Below are positions 7,029 to 15,885 of a DNA stretch of 23,199 nucleotides, one piece after another; the stretch's first letter is position 1; the number at the start of each line of letters is the position of its first letter. Made by a program: the position numbers and the translations under genes. The notes under the pieces were generated by a model. The model was not told the origin of the DNA. It made no database searches and saw only the letters and a program-made list of their open reading frames with translations. The DNA is from Rebecca billardiae RCC1528 (lineage: Eukaryota > Protista > Haptophyta). Location of the stretch: positions 1-23,199 of the forward strand of contig CBDEKP020000001.1 of NCBI GenBank assembly GCA_965240325.2, given 5' to 3'.

Positions 7029-9197
7029 ATGTCGTCGATTTTTGGCGACTCGCCAAGCATCTCTGCTGCTATCGATGGCTCCGTCCAGGCGCTCGGGAGC
7101 GGACCGGCAGTCTCTTGGACGGGCAACATCGAGACCTTCCCGCTGAATCCGTCTGGATTATACGCCACTTTTTCTCCAGGGCTGCCCACGAGCGGCGTAC
7201 TGCGGGTGCGCATCTCGCATCCAACCCATTATTTTGACGTGACATCGCTCGCGCTCACCAGCGCAGATATGACCATCGCGTGGACAGCGGCAAGCTGGGA
7301 AAGTAACAGCGTGGTATATGACGAAGAATTCAAGCCGCATTTCCAGATTTGGTCCGACGAGACGTATCTGACCTCATTTGATTACACCGGCAGTTTGTAC
7401 ACGGAATCGATCAGTTTTGAAGGCACACTGATTCAGGCGGCGGCGCGCAACACCCCAGTCCTCCACATGCCTCTGGCGGGCGACTTGATTGATACCGTCC
7501 GCGGGCAGGCTATGGTGCCCTCTGGTACCACTTCGTTTACAGACAAATCCATCGTGATGAACTCGGCGAGCGGTGCGTTCACCATCACCAACCCTGGTCA
7601 TGACTGGCGCGACTTTACGCTATGCGCGTTCATGCGCGGCCCCTCCGGCGCCGGCGTGATGGATCTGCGCGTGGGGCAGACTGACACCAGTGTTATCGTC
7701 TCGCTATCACCCACCGCGAATGTCGAGATCACCACGCTCAAAGATAGCTCTTCACTGATAACAAACGTAGATGAAGATACACGCCAAACGTGGTTCCACG
7801 TGGCAGTGCAGCAGAACGCCACCCACGTGGATGTCTACATCGATCAAGTGCTTGCGCACAGCCGCGATCTCGACCCAGCGCTCGACCCCGACCCCGATCG
7901 GGTCTCTTTGCGCTATCCCGTAGTATTTAATGCCGATCTGGCAAGCGAATTGGCCCATGTGACAATCTACCCATACGCACTCGATACCACCGATCGACTG
8001 GCGCACGCCGAAAGCTGGTCTGGGTACGTCCCACCGCCGGCGCTCGTGCTGCACCTGCCTCTGAGCGCCGACCACACCGCGGTTGTGGGCACAACTCCAG
8101 CCGTATTGCCGCCGGGATCCGGATCCTTTGCAGGCGGGTATTTGACCATGGATACCGTTTATTCGTTCGAGACACCGTCCGACACGTTCTCCGCCACGAA
8201 TGGTTTCACGATGTGCGCTTGGATGCGCTCTGCGGCAGGGTGGCAGCCGGGCGATTACGTTCGCTTCCGCGTGTTTGAGGGTAATTTCACGACCAATTCC
8301 AAGGCAGAGCTGGACCTCGAATCCGGTCATGTGTGGAGTCGTCACGAGCAAGTCACAGGACTCTCCGCAGGCCAATGGTATCACTTGGCGTGGCGCTGGC
8401 GGCCGAACGATAATCTGCAAGAACTGCTCGTGGACGGCGTCGTCTCTGCCAGCAGCATCCAGCCCGGCCAATTCACGACGTATCAATCGTGGCGCGTCCA
8501 AAACAATGCGGCAGACGCTGCGTTGATGCACTTGCAAGTGTGGGACGGCTACGTCGACGACATTGCGCAGGTCATGATTGACTACCCACTACCAGAGGCA
8601 ATAAGTCCATTTGCCAGCTGGCCGATGACGGCGAATTTGACCGACGATGTGGGTAGCTATGCCTTTACGGTGTCGACTGGGACCGCAACGCACACGAATG
8701 GCTATGCGGACCTCAGTAGCGGTCTGGTGATGACTGCACCGGTACCGACTCAGACGATGACGGCTTTCGGGTTCTCTGGATGGGTCTACGTGGATGACAT
8801 CCAGGGCTCATTAAAATTCGAATGGCGTAATACAGGCTCGAAGGTCGTGCATTTCTACATCTATCGCAACGGCGTGGGTAATACCGCATTCGGCTTCGAT
8901 ATTACAGGGCAGTCTGGCAACTTGTATGATCGTGTGGATGTGCTGCCGCTGAATACCTGGTACCACATTGCCTGGTCTTATACAGTCGGAGGCAACCTGG
9001 AGGCCTGGCTGAACAAGGTGTCCCTCGGCGCGGAGGCCATGAGCGCCACCGCAGTGGGCGATATCAACGAAATTTATGTCAGCACGCCTCCAAGCGGCGG
9101 TCCTTTCAAGTGCGCGGCCGTTCGCTTTTATACCGACGGTGCGCTCACCCAGGCCGAAGTAGATAGCGACTATGACCTCTTCACGCCACCGCCATAG
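7029..9197 (+). CDS. Concanavalin A/LamG-like repeat protein (three domains), putative fibre or receptor-binding protein
   Basis: Three repeats of the LamG_3-like pattern: LHMPL..FTLCAFMR..TWFHVAV..VYIDQ; LHLPL..FTMCAWMR..GQWYHLAW..LLVDG; SWPM..FGFSGWVY..NTWYHIAW..AWLN..VRFY..ALTQAEV. Confidence 0.8.
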   Translation: MSSIFGDSPSISAAIDGSVQALGSGPAVSWTGNIETFPLNPSGLYATFSPGLPTSGVLRVRISHPTHYFDVTSLALTSADMTIAWTAASWESNSVVYDEEFKPHFQIWSDETYLTSFDYTGSLYTESISFEGTLIQAAARNTPVLHMPLAGDLIDTVRGQAMVPSGTTSFTDKSIVMNSASGAFTITNPGHDWRDFTLCAFMRGPSGAGVMDLRVGQTDTSVIVSLSPTANVEITTLKDSSSLITNVDEDTRQTWFHVAVQQNATHVDVYIDQVLAHSRDLDPALDPDPDRVSLRYPVVFNADLASELAHVTIYPYALDTTDRLAHAESWSGYVPPPALVLHLPLSADHTAVVGTTPAVLPPGSGSFAGGYLTMDTVYSFETPSDTFSATNGFTMCAWMRSAAGWQPGDYVRFRVFEGNFTTNSKAELDLESGHVWSRHEQVTGLSAGQWYHLAWRWRPNDNLQELLVDGVVSASSIQPGQFTTYQSWRVQNNAADAALMHLQVWDGYVDDIAQVMIDYPLPEAISPFASWPMTANLTDDVGSYAFTVSTGTATHTNGYADLSSGLVMTAPVPTQTMTAFGFSGWVYVDDIQGSLKFEWRNTGSKVVHFYIYRNGVGNTAFGFDITGQSGNLYDRVDVLPLNTWYHIAWSYTVGGNLEAWLNKVSLGAEAMSATAVGDINEIYVSTPPSGGPFKCAAVRFYTDGALTQAEVDSDYDLFTPPP

Positions 9198-9203
9198 ACA
9201 GCC

Positions 9204-9212
9204 AAAAATCCG
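9204..9212 (+). promoter_or_regulatory. Representative of a recurrent AAAATC(C/G) upstream motif, putative viral promoter element
   Basis: The same motif lies about 10-22 nt upstream of starts at 171(+), 909(+), 6903-6910(-), 10202-10210(-), 12279-12287(-) and 14869-14876(-). Confidence 0.6.
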
Positions 9213-9231
9213 TGGTACCGGTACCATAACA

Positions 9232-9900
9232 ATGCGAGCCGTACCTACGGTATCAACCGCCGAAGGCGAAGCGCGCGTCGCGACCGGCGCCAAAGCGGCG
9301 TGGGATGCCGGCCACACCCTGGAGAACGACCACCGTAATCTGTTGCGCGCATCGTACGACGATTTGCCTCGTGCGCAGCACCGCTTGCACTCGCTCGGGT
9401 ACGATATGGATGCCGATTTGAGCACGGACGAGGCCAAAGTCGCCGTCCACCGGGCGTCTGGCAGGCCACTGGTGCTGCATCGCGGATCGACCACCTCCGC
9501 TGATTGGCTGGTGAGCGATGCGCTCATCGCCGCCGGCCGAGCTGATGCGCACGACCCCCGCCACGCGCGCGCGCGCAAGATCACCGAAATTACCCGGCGC
9601 AAATATGGACAACCGGTGTCGGCCATCGGGCACTCGCTCGGCGGCAGGCTGGCGGCACAATCCGGTGCAAAAGGACGCATTCTCGGCGTCGACCCAGCGG
9701 TCGGCATCGGGGATGCATTTAAGAGGCGTGGCGACAATCACACGGTGATCAGATCGCCTGATGATGTGGTCAGCGCGCTCGGCGTGACGCAGCGCGGTGG
9801 GCAGGTCAAACACAAGCGCGGCTATGCTAAAAAAGGCAGCGCCGCGGACTTTTTATTGGGAGGGCTACCGATCAACCCGATCGAGGCCCACCGTTTTTAA
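9232..9900 (+). CDS. Alpha/beta-hydrolase (lipase class 3-like)
   Basis: Nucleophile elbow GHSLGG, oxyanion-hole VLHRGST, DDVVS acid motif and C-terminal His (EAHRF). Start placed at ATG 9232, downstream of the AAAAATCCG motif, avoiding overlap with the upstream gene. Confidence 0.88.
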   Translation: MRAVPTVSTAEGEARVATGAKAAWDAGHTLENDHRNLLRASYDDLPRAQHRLHSLGYDMDADLSTDEAKVAVHRASGRPLVLHRGSTTSADWLVSDALIAAGRADAHDPRHARARKITEITRRKYGQPVSAIGHSLGGRLAAQSGAKGRILGVDPAVGIGDAFKRRGDNHTVIRSPDDVVSALGVTQRGGQVKHKRGYAKKGSAADFLLGGLPINPIEAHRF

Positions 9901-10185
9901 TCAGTACCCGACGGTGCGCGCAGCGCGGTCCGCAACGTCCACCGCCTCGGTGGCTCGCTCGATCGCGCGGCGCCCCGCCGCCGTGAACGGCGCAGCTACG
10001 TCGCCCAGGCCGGGAGTCTTATCAATTTCTGAAGTCACCTGTTTTAGGTCTTTTCCGATTTTGTGAACGCACGGTTTGGCGTCGTGGATGGCGCGTGCGA
10101 GCGGCCGGCCGATGCGCTGCGCATGACTCGCGAGGCGCCCTAGGCGGCGCTTTCCTTGATTGATGAGGCGCCCGAGGAAGCTCAT
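9901..10185 (-). CDS. Small basic protein with N-terminal amphipathic helix, putative virion/membrane-active protein
   Basis: MSFLGRLINQGKRRLGRLASH. Directly downstream of MCP and preceded by the AAAAATCCG motif. Confidence 0.7.
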   Translation of the reverse strand: MSFLGRLINQGKRRLGRLASHAQRIGRPLARAIHDAKPCVHKIGKDLKQVTSEIDKTPGLGDVAAPFTAAGRRAIERATEAVDVADRAARTVGY

Positions 10186-10208
10186 ACTAGTATTCGTAGA
10201 TCGGATTT

Positions 10209-11462
10209 TTACTCGGAGAACGACACGATGCCGTCAGACACCTCCAGCAGCATGTCCGCCTGGCAGAAGAAATCAACGATAATAGAGACGCCAGCTTTCG
10301 TGTCACACACGAATTGCACGGCCTCATCGCGGAGCACGCGACCGTCACTCAGTATATCACTCAGACCGAACGCCGACAGTGAGAGCCCCATCACAAAGCC
10401 CTCCTCATCATATACTGCAGACGAGAGCGTGCTGGGCGCGTCAGCCATGTCGACGCTCTGAAGGGCCTTCATCAGCTCCATACGCCCCTCGGCGGCACCG
10501 TTCGCAAGTGAGATGCGCTCCTGCGGTACGTTGTGCGCCCCGATCTTCAGGTAAAAATAGCTGGCGTCGGCACGCGTGCGCAAGTTGCCGTGCACCGCCG
10601 CCGACTCGACGCTCGAATCCGCGCGAATAATCGCGAAGATAGCGTTTGCCGAAGCCATCTTCCAGGGTAGCGTGAAATTGATTGAGCCGCTTTGGACTGT
10701 GGTCTGGGCATGATGCCAATTCGACGTGGGGATAATGATGCGCGGAATCGAGCGGACGAGCGCCTGCTCAACCGAGTCGGCGAGCTGCACGAGCGACATT
10801 TGATACTTGACATTATCGAGCTTGAAGCTGCCGGTTGACAGCCCATTACCAGTCACGCCCCATTTGGGCAGCGGTGCGACCTTGACCTCGACGCGCAGGC
10901 CATCGCGGATCACGCCCAGTGGGATGGACTTCTGCGCGAGCGAGCCGAGGCAATATGGGAGCGGAAGGCAGACCGTCTTGCGCTCGCCGGCTTCGATTCG
11001 CGCACCATCGCGGCTGTAGTAGGCATCGACCGCATCCAAGATGACATTGCCACTAATAGGGAGATAATCCGACGAGCCCATGATCGTGTTGGTTGTCATG
11101 CGGCTGCTAGTGGAGGCCTGCGTATCCATGAGCATCTGGCACAGCTCGCCGAACTGATCATTCGAGGCCACGTGGGTTGATCCGAAATACGTGTCGATCG
11201 ACTGAATGCACGAGTGCGCCGTACCAGTGAGCGTCAGGGAAGTGGTGCTGTTGTTGAAAACGTCAAACTGCAAGTACGACTCTGACGTGTTCCAATGAGT
11301 GCCCGGCGAGCCCGTCGGGAGCTGGAAGATCATCTTCGTGCCTGGGCCGAATTCGTTGCTGGGGCCGGGGACGACGGACGAGCGAATCGACTGCGCGGGC
11401 ACAGCGAGATCCTTGGGCTTGGCATAGTTATAGCTAGCCGGAACCGTTGGCGTCGAATCCAT
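10209..11462 (-). CDS. Major capsid protein (double jelly-roll), PLV type
   Basis: 417 aa, beta-rich. N-terminal FGPGTKMIFQLP...WNTSESYLQFDV, then IQSIDTYFG, LPL..LG...IPL...GLRVEV and YLKIGAHNVPQ resemble PLV MCPs. Adjacent to penton and ATPase. Confidence 0.85.
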   Translation of the reverse strand: MDSTPTVPASYNYAKPKDLAVPAQSIRSSVVPGPSNEFGPGTKMIFQLPTGSPGTHWNTSESYLQFDVFNNSTTSLTLTGTAHSCIQSIDTYFGSTHVASNDQFGELCQMLMDTQASTSSRMTTNTIMGSSDYLPISGNVILDAVDAYYSRDGARIEAGERKTVCLPLPYCLGSLAQKSIPLGVIRDGLRVEVKVAPLPKWGVTGNGLSTGSFKLDNVKYQMSLVQLADSVEQALVRSIPRIIIPTSNWHHAQTTVQSGSINFTLPWKMASANAIFAIIRADSSVESAAVHGNLRTRADASYFYLKIGAHNVPQERISLANGAAEGRMELMKALQSVDMADAPSTLSSAVYDEEGFVMGLSLSAFGLSDILSDGRVLRDEAVQFVCDTKAGVSIIVDFFCQADMLLEVSDGIVSFSE

Positions 11463-11503
11463 TTAAGGGTGTGAGAGGATGTGACATTTTATTTTGCCAC
11501 GTC

Positions 11504-12265
11504 TTAGACGACGTCGAGCCGGAGTCGGAGCGTCCACTGAGCTCCGTTGAGATTAAGTGGCTCCATCGTATTTGAATCGAGTAGCTGGAATTCCAATGTG
11601 CTAATACTGCGGCGGCCGACTTCGCGTACGGTGTCCGTCTGATTGAGCCATGTTTGGACTTGCCCGAAGCCTACGTTGAAGAGCACCTCGCCTAGAACAT
11701 TCGTCGTGGAGCCGCCGCCAGTGGAATCGCGCGTGCGCAGCTCGAGGCTCTCGCACGCCACCAGCGCACCACGGCGTAGCATGTCAGCGACGCCCGGCGG
11801 CAAGGCGGAGCCGCCAGCAGGCACCGTCAGATTCGAGCCGAGCAATCCGATCACGCGAGCGATGGGCGATGAGGCCCACACGGTATCATCCGTGCCCAAG
11901 CTGTTCGCGAAGACGAATTTGCCGAGCTGCTCGTCAAAAGTAACCGTCAAATGACTCGCACCGCCCGCCGTCAGCTTTGAAGTAAGCTCGGTGGCCAGCT
12001 GCGAAGCGGTGTAATTTTTGATATCGGGATAGACGTGCACATCACCCCAGTTACCGCCCACATACAAGTCGTTATTCGTGGCGTCGATTGCATACGATGT
12101 ATTTGGCAAGCAAACGCTGATTAAATTGCAGAATATGTTCTCGCTGCTGTCTGCCACTATGGGCTCCGACAGATCAAATACGACGTGGTCGGTGCGGTTA
12201 GAGCCGCTCGGGAAACGGTCAGCCTGCGCAGTGCTCAAATACAGGTCACTCAGCGCAAACGTCAT
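11504..12265 (-). CDS. Minor capsid protein (penton, single jelly-roll)
   Basis: LYLST...FDLSEPI...LISVCLPNTSYAIDATNN...NYTASQLATEL...ISTLEFQLLD...LNLNGAQWTLRL is the typical PLV/virophage penton pattern. Start placed at ATG 12265. Confidence 0.85.
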   Translation of the reverse strand: MTFALSDLYLSTAQADRFPSGSNRTDHVVFDLSEPIVADSSENIFCNLISVCLPNTSYAIDATNNDLYVGGNWGDVHVYPDIKNYTASQLATELTSKLTAGGASHLTVTFDEQLGKFVFANSLGTDDTVWASSPIARVIGLLGSNLTVPAGGSALPPGVADMLRRGALVACESLELRTRDSTGGGSTTNVLGEVLFNVGFGQVQTWLNQTDTVREVGRRSISTLEFQLLDSNTMEPLNLNGAQWTLRLRLDVV

Positions 12266-12426
12266 TGTGGTCGTCACGCGGATTTTTAAGCGTCGCTTTT
12301 AGAGCTGGCGGTGGGTGGTTTTGAGCGAGCTCTTCGAAGACTTCGTCGGGGAGGCACGCGGGCAGCTTCGAGCGCCAGTAGATTTCGGCGTAGTCTCTGT
12401 AACAAATATCCATGGTGCTCTTAACT

Positions 12427-12960
12427 ATGACCAAGAAAAAAGTAGTGGTCATTGAGGCCGGTAATCACCTCGATGCTCGGCCTGGCGCCGGCGATAGCAT
12501 CGGTGATAGCAGGGGTTCTCCTGGGGAACTGTCTGTGGGAAGCGATGCTGCCTCCGCGAGTGAGCCCGCCTCACTCGTGGTGGAACCCCCTCCAATTGTG
12601 CGAGCAGAGCCTATATATGCAACTCCTGTCACCGTCATAAAGAAGCGAGTGCTGAGCGACAAGGCCCGCAAGGCGCTCGATCGAGGGCGACTCCAGCGTA
12701 TGCGCGATGAATACGGCCGCCAAATCGCTAACTATACAAAGCTAGCCAAAGAGCTCGATGAGCGCCTCGCAACCCTCGACCCTGCAGGGCCAACCCCAGA
12801 GCCACGAGCGCTCAAGCGCACCGATATGGTCATCGTAGACGAGCCCCCGGCTCGACCGACGGAGAGCCAGCCGCCCGCGCCGACGCCCGCGCCGACGCCC
12901 GCGCCGGTTCGCCCGCCGTTGCGCTATGCGCCTGCATCGCGTGCCTTCAAATTCGCCTAA
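12427..12960 (+). CDS. Hypothetical Pro-rich protein with a central basic/coiled-coil segment
   Basis: KKRVLSDKARKALDRGRLQR followed by a coiled coil and PAPTPAPTPAP. Fills the gap before the ATPase. Start is either 12412 or 12427. Confidence 0.7.
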   Translation: MTKKKVVVIEAGNHLDARPGAGDSIGDSRGSPGELSVGSDAASASEPASLVVEPPPIVRAEPIYATPVTVIKKRVLSDKARKALDRGRLQRMRDEYGRQIANYTKLAKELDERLATLDPAGPTPEPRALKRTDMVIVDEPPARPTESQPPAPTPAPTPAPVRPPLRYAPASRAFKFA

Positions 12961-12980
12961 AAATACCAAGGCCCCTACTA

Positions 12981-13691
12981 ATGGTGACCATCGAGGAGAC
13001 GCCCCCTGAAAAGGTGATCGAACTGGTGATGCCTGCCATGCTCGTCGACGGGAAGCTATCGGACAGCATACCAGAGCCACTGCCAAATCAAGCCAGTTTT
13101 TGGGGATTCTTTGGGCCGCCCCGCTCGGGAAAGAGCTCGGCGGTAATCGCGCTGCTGACGGGCCATTATCGCCAAGTGTTTCACAACGTGATATATATCG
13201 TGCCGGCGTCGAGCTTTGCGAGCGTGCGGGACAATCCGCTTGCGCAAGTGAAACATGTGTACCACGAATTCGACGCCGAAACGCTCGATGATGTGATGGA
13301 TATCGTCAAAGCGTCATCGAAGAAGGGTCATCACACCCTCGTTTTAGTCGACGATTTCATGACCGCTCTCAAAGACGCGCCGCTGCGCAGGCAATTCGAA
13401 AAACTGGTAGCCAACCGCCGCCACCTGCGCACGAGTTTGTGGGTCATCTCACAAAACTATATTGCGCTGCCGTTGAGCACGCGGAAGCTTCTGAGTCACA
13501 CGCTGTTTTTTCGACCTAATAATTTGCGTGAAACGGAGTCGTTCCGCAGCGAGCTCTTCCCTATGAGCCGGCACGATTTCCAGGTGATTTTTAATCACGT
13601 GTTTGCGAGCGGCAACAAGCACGATTTTATGTTTGTCGACGTGGATGCGGGTGAGATCCACAAGAAATGGACTAGACTTCGAATCGTCTAG
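12981..13691 (+). CDS. A32-like (FtsK/HerA) genome packaging ATPase
   Basis: Walker A GPPRSGKS, Walker B LVLVDDF, Arg-finger NRRH and sensor ISQNY; 236 aa. Confidence 0.93.
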   Translation: MVTIEETPPEKVIELVMPAMLVDGKLSDSIPEPLPNQASFWGFFGPPRSGKSSAVIALLTGHYRQVFHNVIYIVPASSFASVRDNPLAQVKHVYHEFDAETLDDVMDIVKASSKKGHHTLVLVDDFMTALKDAPLRRQFEKLVANRRHLRTSLWVISQNYIALPLSTRKLLSHTLFFRPNNLRETESFRSELFPMSRHDFQVIFNHVFASGNKHDFMFVDVDAGEIHKKWTRLRIV

Positions 13692-13731
13692 ACCGACGAC
13701 GAATAAATCTAGGCATCACTCACAGATCACG

Positions 13732-14532
13732 ATGGGCGAGGCAGTACACCACGAGCGTCTCGAAATCAATGAAAAAACGACTCATTTTTCGCTAAACGGC
13801 GAGCCCTACGATGGACCCAAGCACCGTAAGTGGCCAAAATACGAGTGGTGGACTGGCGTGATCCCAACGAACGCTAGCGAGAAGCTCGTCTACCACAATC
13901 GCGCGCTGCTAATGGAGGGCCAGGATGATGACCCGTCAGCGCCTTTCAAGATCATGTCGACGCTCGAGTCACACGGCGAGCATAGCGGTGAAATCGTCAA
14001 TTTTGAGACGATGGCGCGCGACCCGCAGACGGACGAGCGCATCCGTCTCTCTAAAATGAATTTCCCCCCACGCAATATGTTTGCAGGCAAACGCGGCGGT
14101 TTTTCGCACGTGGTCGAGCAGCGCCTGCCCGAAAGCAAACCAGTGAGGCCACAGACGCCTCCCGAGGAGGCGCCAGTGCCTGCAACCCCCATGAAGCCCG
14201 CGCCAAGTCGATCACCTGCACCCATGTCAATGACCAGGGTCATGCCCGAGCCGGTAACGGGTCAGCCTATGGATGCTACACCCCTTCTAGTTGACGGTCT
14301 GCCTATGTTTGTTGGTGAACTTCGAACCAGTGTCAGACGTACAGCTCAAAATCGCATTGATGTATTCTTTAATCGTTTCTTGGTGAGATCTTATGAGGAC
14401 GGCTGGAGCAATGATCATTTGGAAAATAAGCTCGCGTCGCATCTGAAGATAAAATTACCGCTTGTGCGCATACTCGTCAATGAAAAGGTTGCCCGGGGTG
14501 GTCCTCGACGGCAGCCAGCGCTACTACCTTAG
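13732..14532 (+). CDS. Hypothetical protein with a Pro-rich linker between two globular regions
   Basis: Long ORF. Start placed at ATG 13732, after the ATPase stop and an AATAAATCT leader. No recognised motifs. Confidence 0.68.
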   Translation: MGEAVHHERLEINEKTTHFSLNGEPYDGPKHRKWPKYEWWTGVIPTNASEKLVYHNRALLMEGQDDDPSAPFKIMSTLESHGEHSGEIVNFETMARDPQTDERIRLSKMNFPPRNMFAGKRGGFSHVVEQRLPESKPVRPQTPPEEAPVPATPMKPAPSRSPAPMSMTRVMPEPVTGQPMDATPLLVDGLPMFVGELRTSVRRTAQNRIDVFFNRFLVRSYEDGWSNDHLENKLASHLKIKLPLVRILVNEKVARGGPRRQPALLP

Positions 14533-14852
14533 CCGACAAAGTGGTACACGATTACCTTTCCCTTAATGGCCATGCAGCGCACCGCATCGGCTATCTCGAA
14601 CACAGGCGTATCGTGCATTTTGATGTAGGCCTCAGCATCGAGCAGCTCGATGTCGATGAGATCAAAAGTGCGAGTGCGCTGGAGGCGCTTGCTCAGGTAG
14701 CCGTCGCGAAGCGTGATGGTCGTCTTGATCTTCTTGTTGCGCAGATCGCTCATGTACTTACCCGATGGCTTGCGCACCTCCGTGCGCCGGCCCTCGTCGA
14801 GCATTTCGAAGAAATCACGGTCGAGCGGGAGCGAGACCGTTGGAGTCACCAT
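14529..14852 (-). CDS. ASCH/PUA-like domain protein
   Basis: LPLDRDFFEMLDEGRRTEVR...ITLRDGY resembles the ASCH signature (F..I..G.K..E.R ... GY), with Arg in place of the Lys. Preceded by AAAATCCG. Confidence 0.62.
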   Translation of the reverse strand: MVTPTVSLPLDRDFFEMLDEGRRTEVRKPSGKYMSDLRNKKIKTTITLRDGYLSKRLQRTRTFDLIDIELLDAEAYIKMHDTPVFEIADAVRCMAIKGKVIVYHFVG

Positions 14853-14881
14853 CGTGCGGGCACTAGTCCGGATTTTGATTT

Positions 14882-15829
14882 TTAAGAAGCCTTGAAGCGC
14901 TTCGGGAGATCCGGGTAGCGAGCGCCTGGAGCGCCCGTGTCGAGCTCCTCGGAAGTGTAGGTCTCGTTCACGTCAACGACGATCATCCGCTTGCGCTGGT
15001 TGATCACCTCGACGTCCGGCGTAAAGTTCGCCGCGACGATCACCCACGGCTTGCGGATGCGCTTGAACGGGATCTTCGACGTGCCCGGCACCTTCCCGCC
15101 CGCCAGGTTCTCGAGCAGGCCCCAGAACCAGCTCGGCACGCCCACCAAAGTCGTGATCTTCGTCAGGTCGAAGAAAACGTGATCGATGGGGCCGTTGCGG
15201 AGGCGTGCGACGATGATCGCTCGCGTGCTGCCTGGGATGTCGTAGTACTCGATGAGGGGGAGCAGGCCCGTGGACATAGGCTGCTCAGATATGAAGTCGC
15301 ACATCATCGACTTGCCGATCTGACCAGTCTTGTCGCTCGCGAACCAAACCGTGTTCGCCGTCGCCTCCTGCGGGAAGGGCTTGGCAAAAGCCTCCATCCA
15401 CTCTTTCTGCATCACGTTGGGCTCGAAGAGAAGCGGTGGTGGGAGTGAGCTCATCGAGGGCGAGGCGAACGTAGACGTCTGCAGCGCGTCGATTCGCCCT
15501 AGCAGCTTCGCCTCGCGCTGCGCAAAGTACTCCGCGCACGGCGTGTCGAATCCGTACTTGATCTTGGCAAAGGCAGTGCCAAACTTGAGGGAGGGCATGC
15601 GCACCTCGCCGTTGATCTCCTGCACGCGGCACGAGCGGCGGTAGTCGAGTGTGAGGACGAGCGTGATGCCCTCGTGCGTGCTCGCCGACGTCAGCCGGCC
15701 GTGCTTCCCGCCCTCGAGCGTGTCGAGCGTCCTCGTCTTCACGTGCTCGTGCAGGACGTCGTGCTCATCGCAGTCCGCAAAAACGAACTCCCAGTGCGAT
15801 CGCGCTAGCGGAGCGTGCTTGGATGGCAT
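14882..15829 (-). CDS. CRESS-DNA Rep-like protein: superfamily 3 helicase with a divergent N-terminal Rep-endonuclease-like region
   Basis: MQKEW...VWFASDKTGQIGKS (Walker A), VFFDL (Walker B), LLENLAGG (motif B), VIVAANFTP (motif C) and RKR (Arg-finger region). The N-terminal HWEFVF and EYFAQ sit where Rep motifs I and III are expected. Confidence 0.75.
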   Translation of the reverse strand: MPSKHAPLARSHWEFVFADCDEHDVLHEHVKTRTLDTLEGGKHGRLTSASTHEGITLVLTLDYRRSCRVQEINGEVRMPSLKFGTAFAKIKYGFDTPCAEYFAQREAKLLGRIDALQTSTFASPSMSSLPPPLLFEPNVMQKEWMEAFAKPFPQEATANTVWFASDKTGQIGKSMMCDFISEQPMSTGLLPLIEYYDIPGSTRAIIVARLRNGPIDHVFFDLTKITTLVGVPSWFWGLLENLAGGKVPGTSKIPFKRIRKPWVIVAANFTPDVEVINQRKRMIVVDVNETYTSEELDTGAPGARYPDLPKRFKAS

Positions 15830-15885
15830 ATTGCGCTTCGGTCGCTTTTCACCTAAGCCGCTTGTCTTTAACTACGAGCCGCACG

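Noticed and set aside
10186-10197. TAGTATT resembling a CRESS nonanucleotide origin (TAGTATTAC)
   Set aside because: It continues TAGTATTCG, has no flanking stem, and lies far from the Rep-like gene. I found no canonical stem-loop origin.
12246-12413. Small minus-strand ORF (MDICYRDYAEIYW...) upstream of the penton
   Set aside because: It could be real, but it is short, overlaps the penton leader and start, and has no supporting motif.
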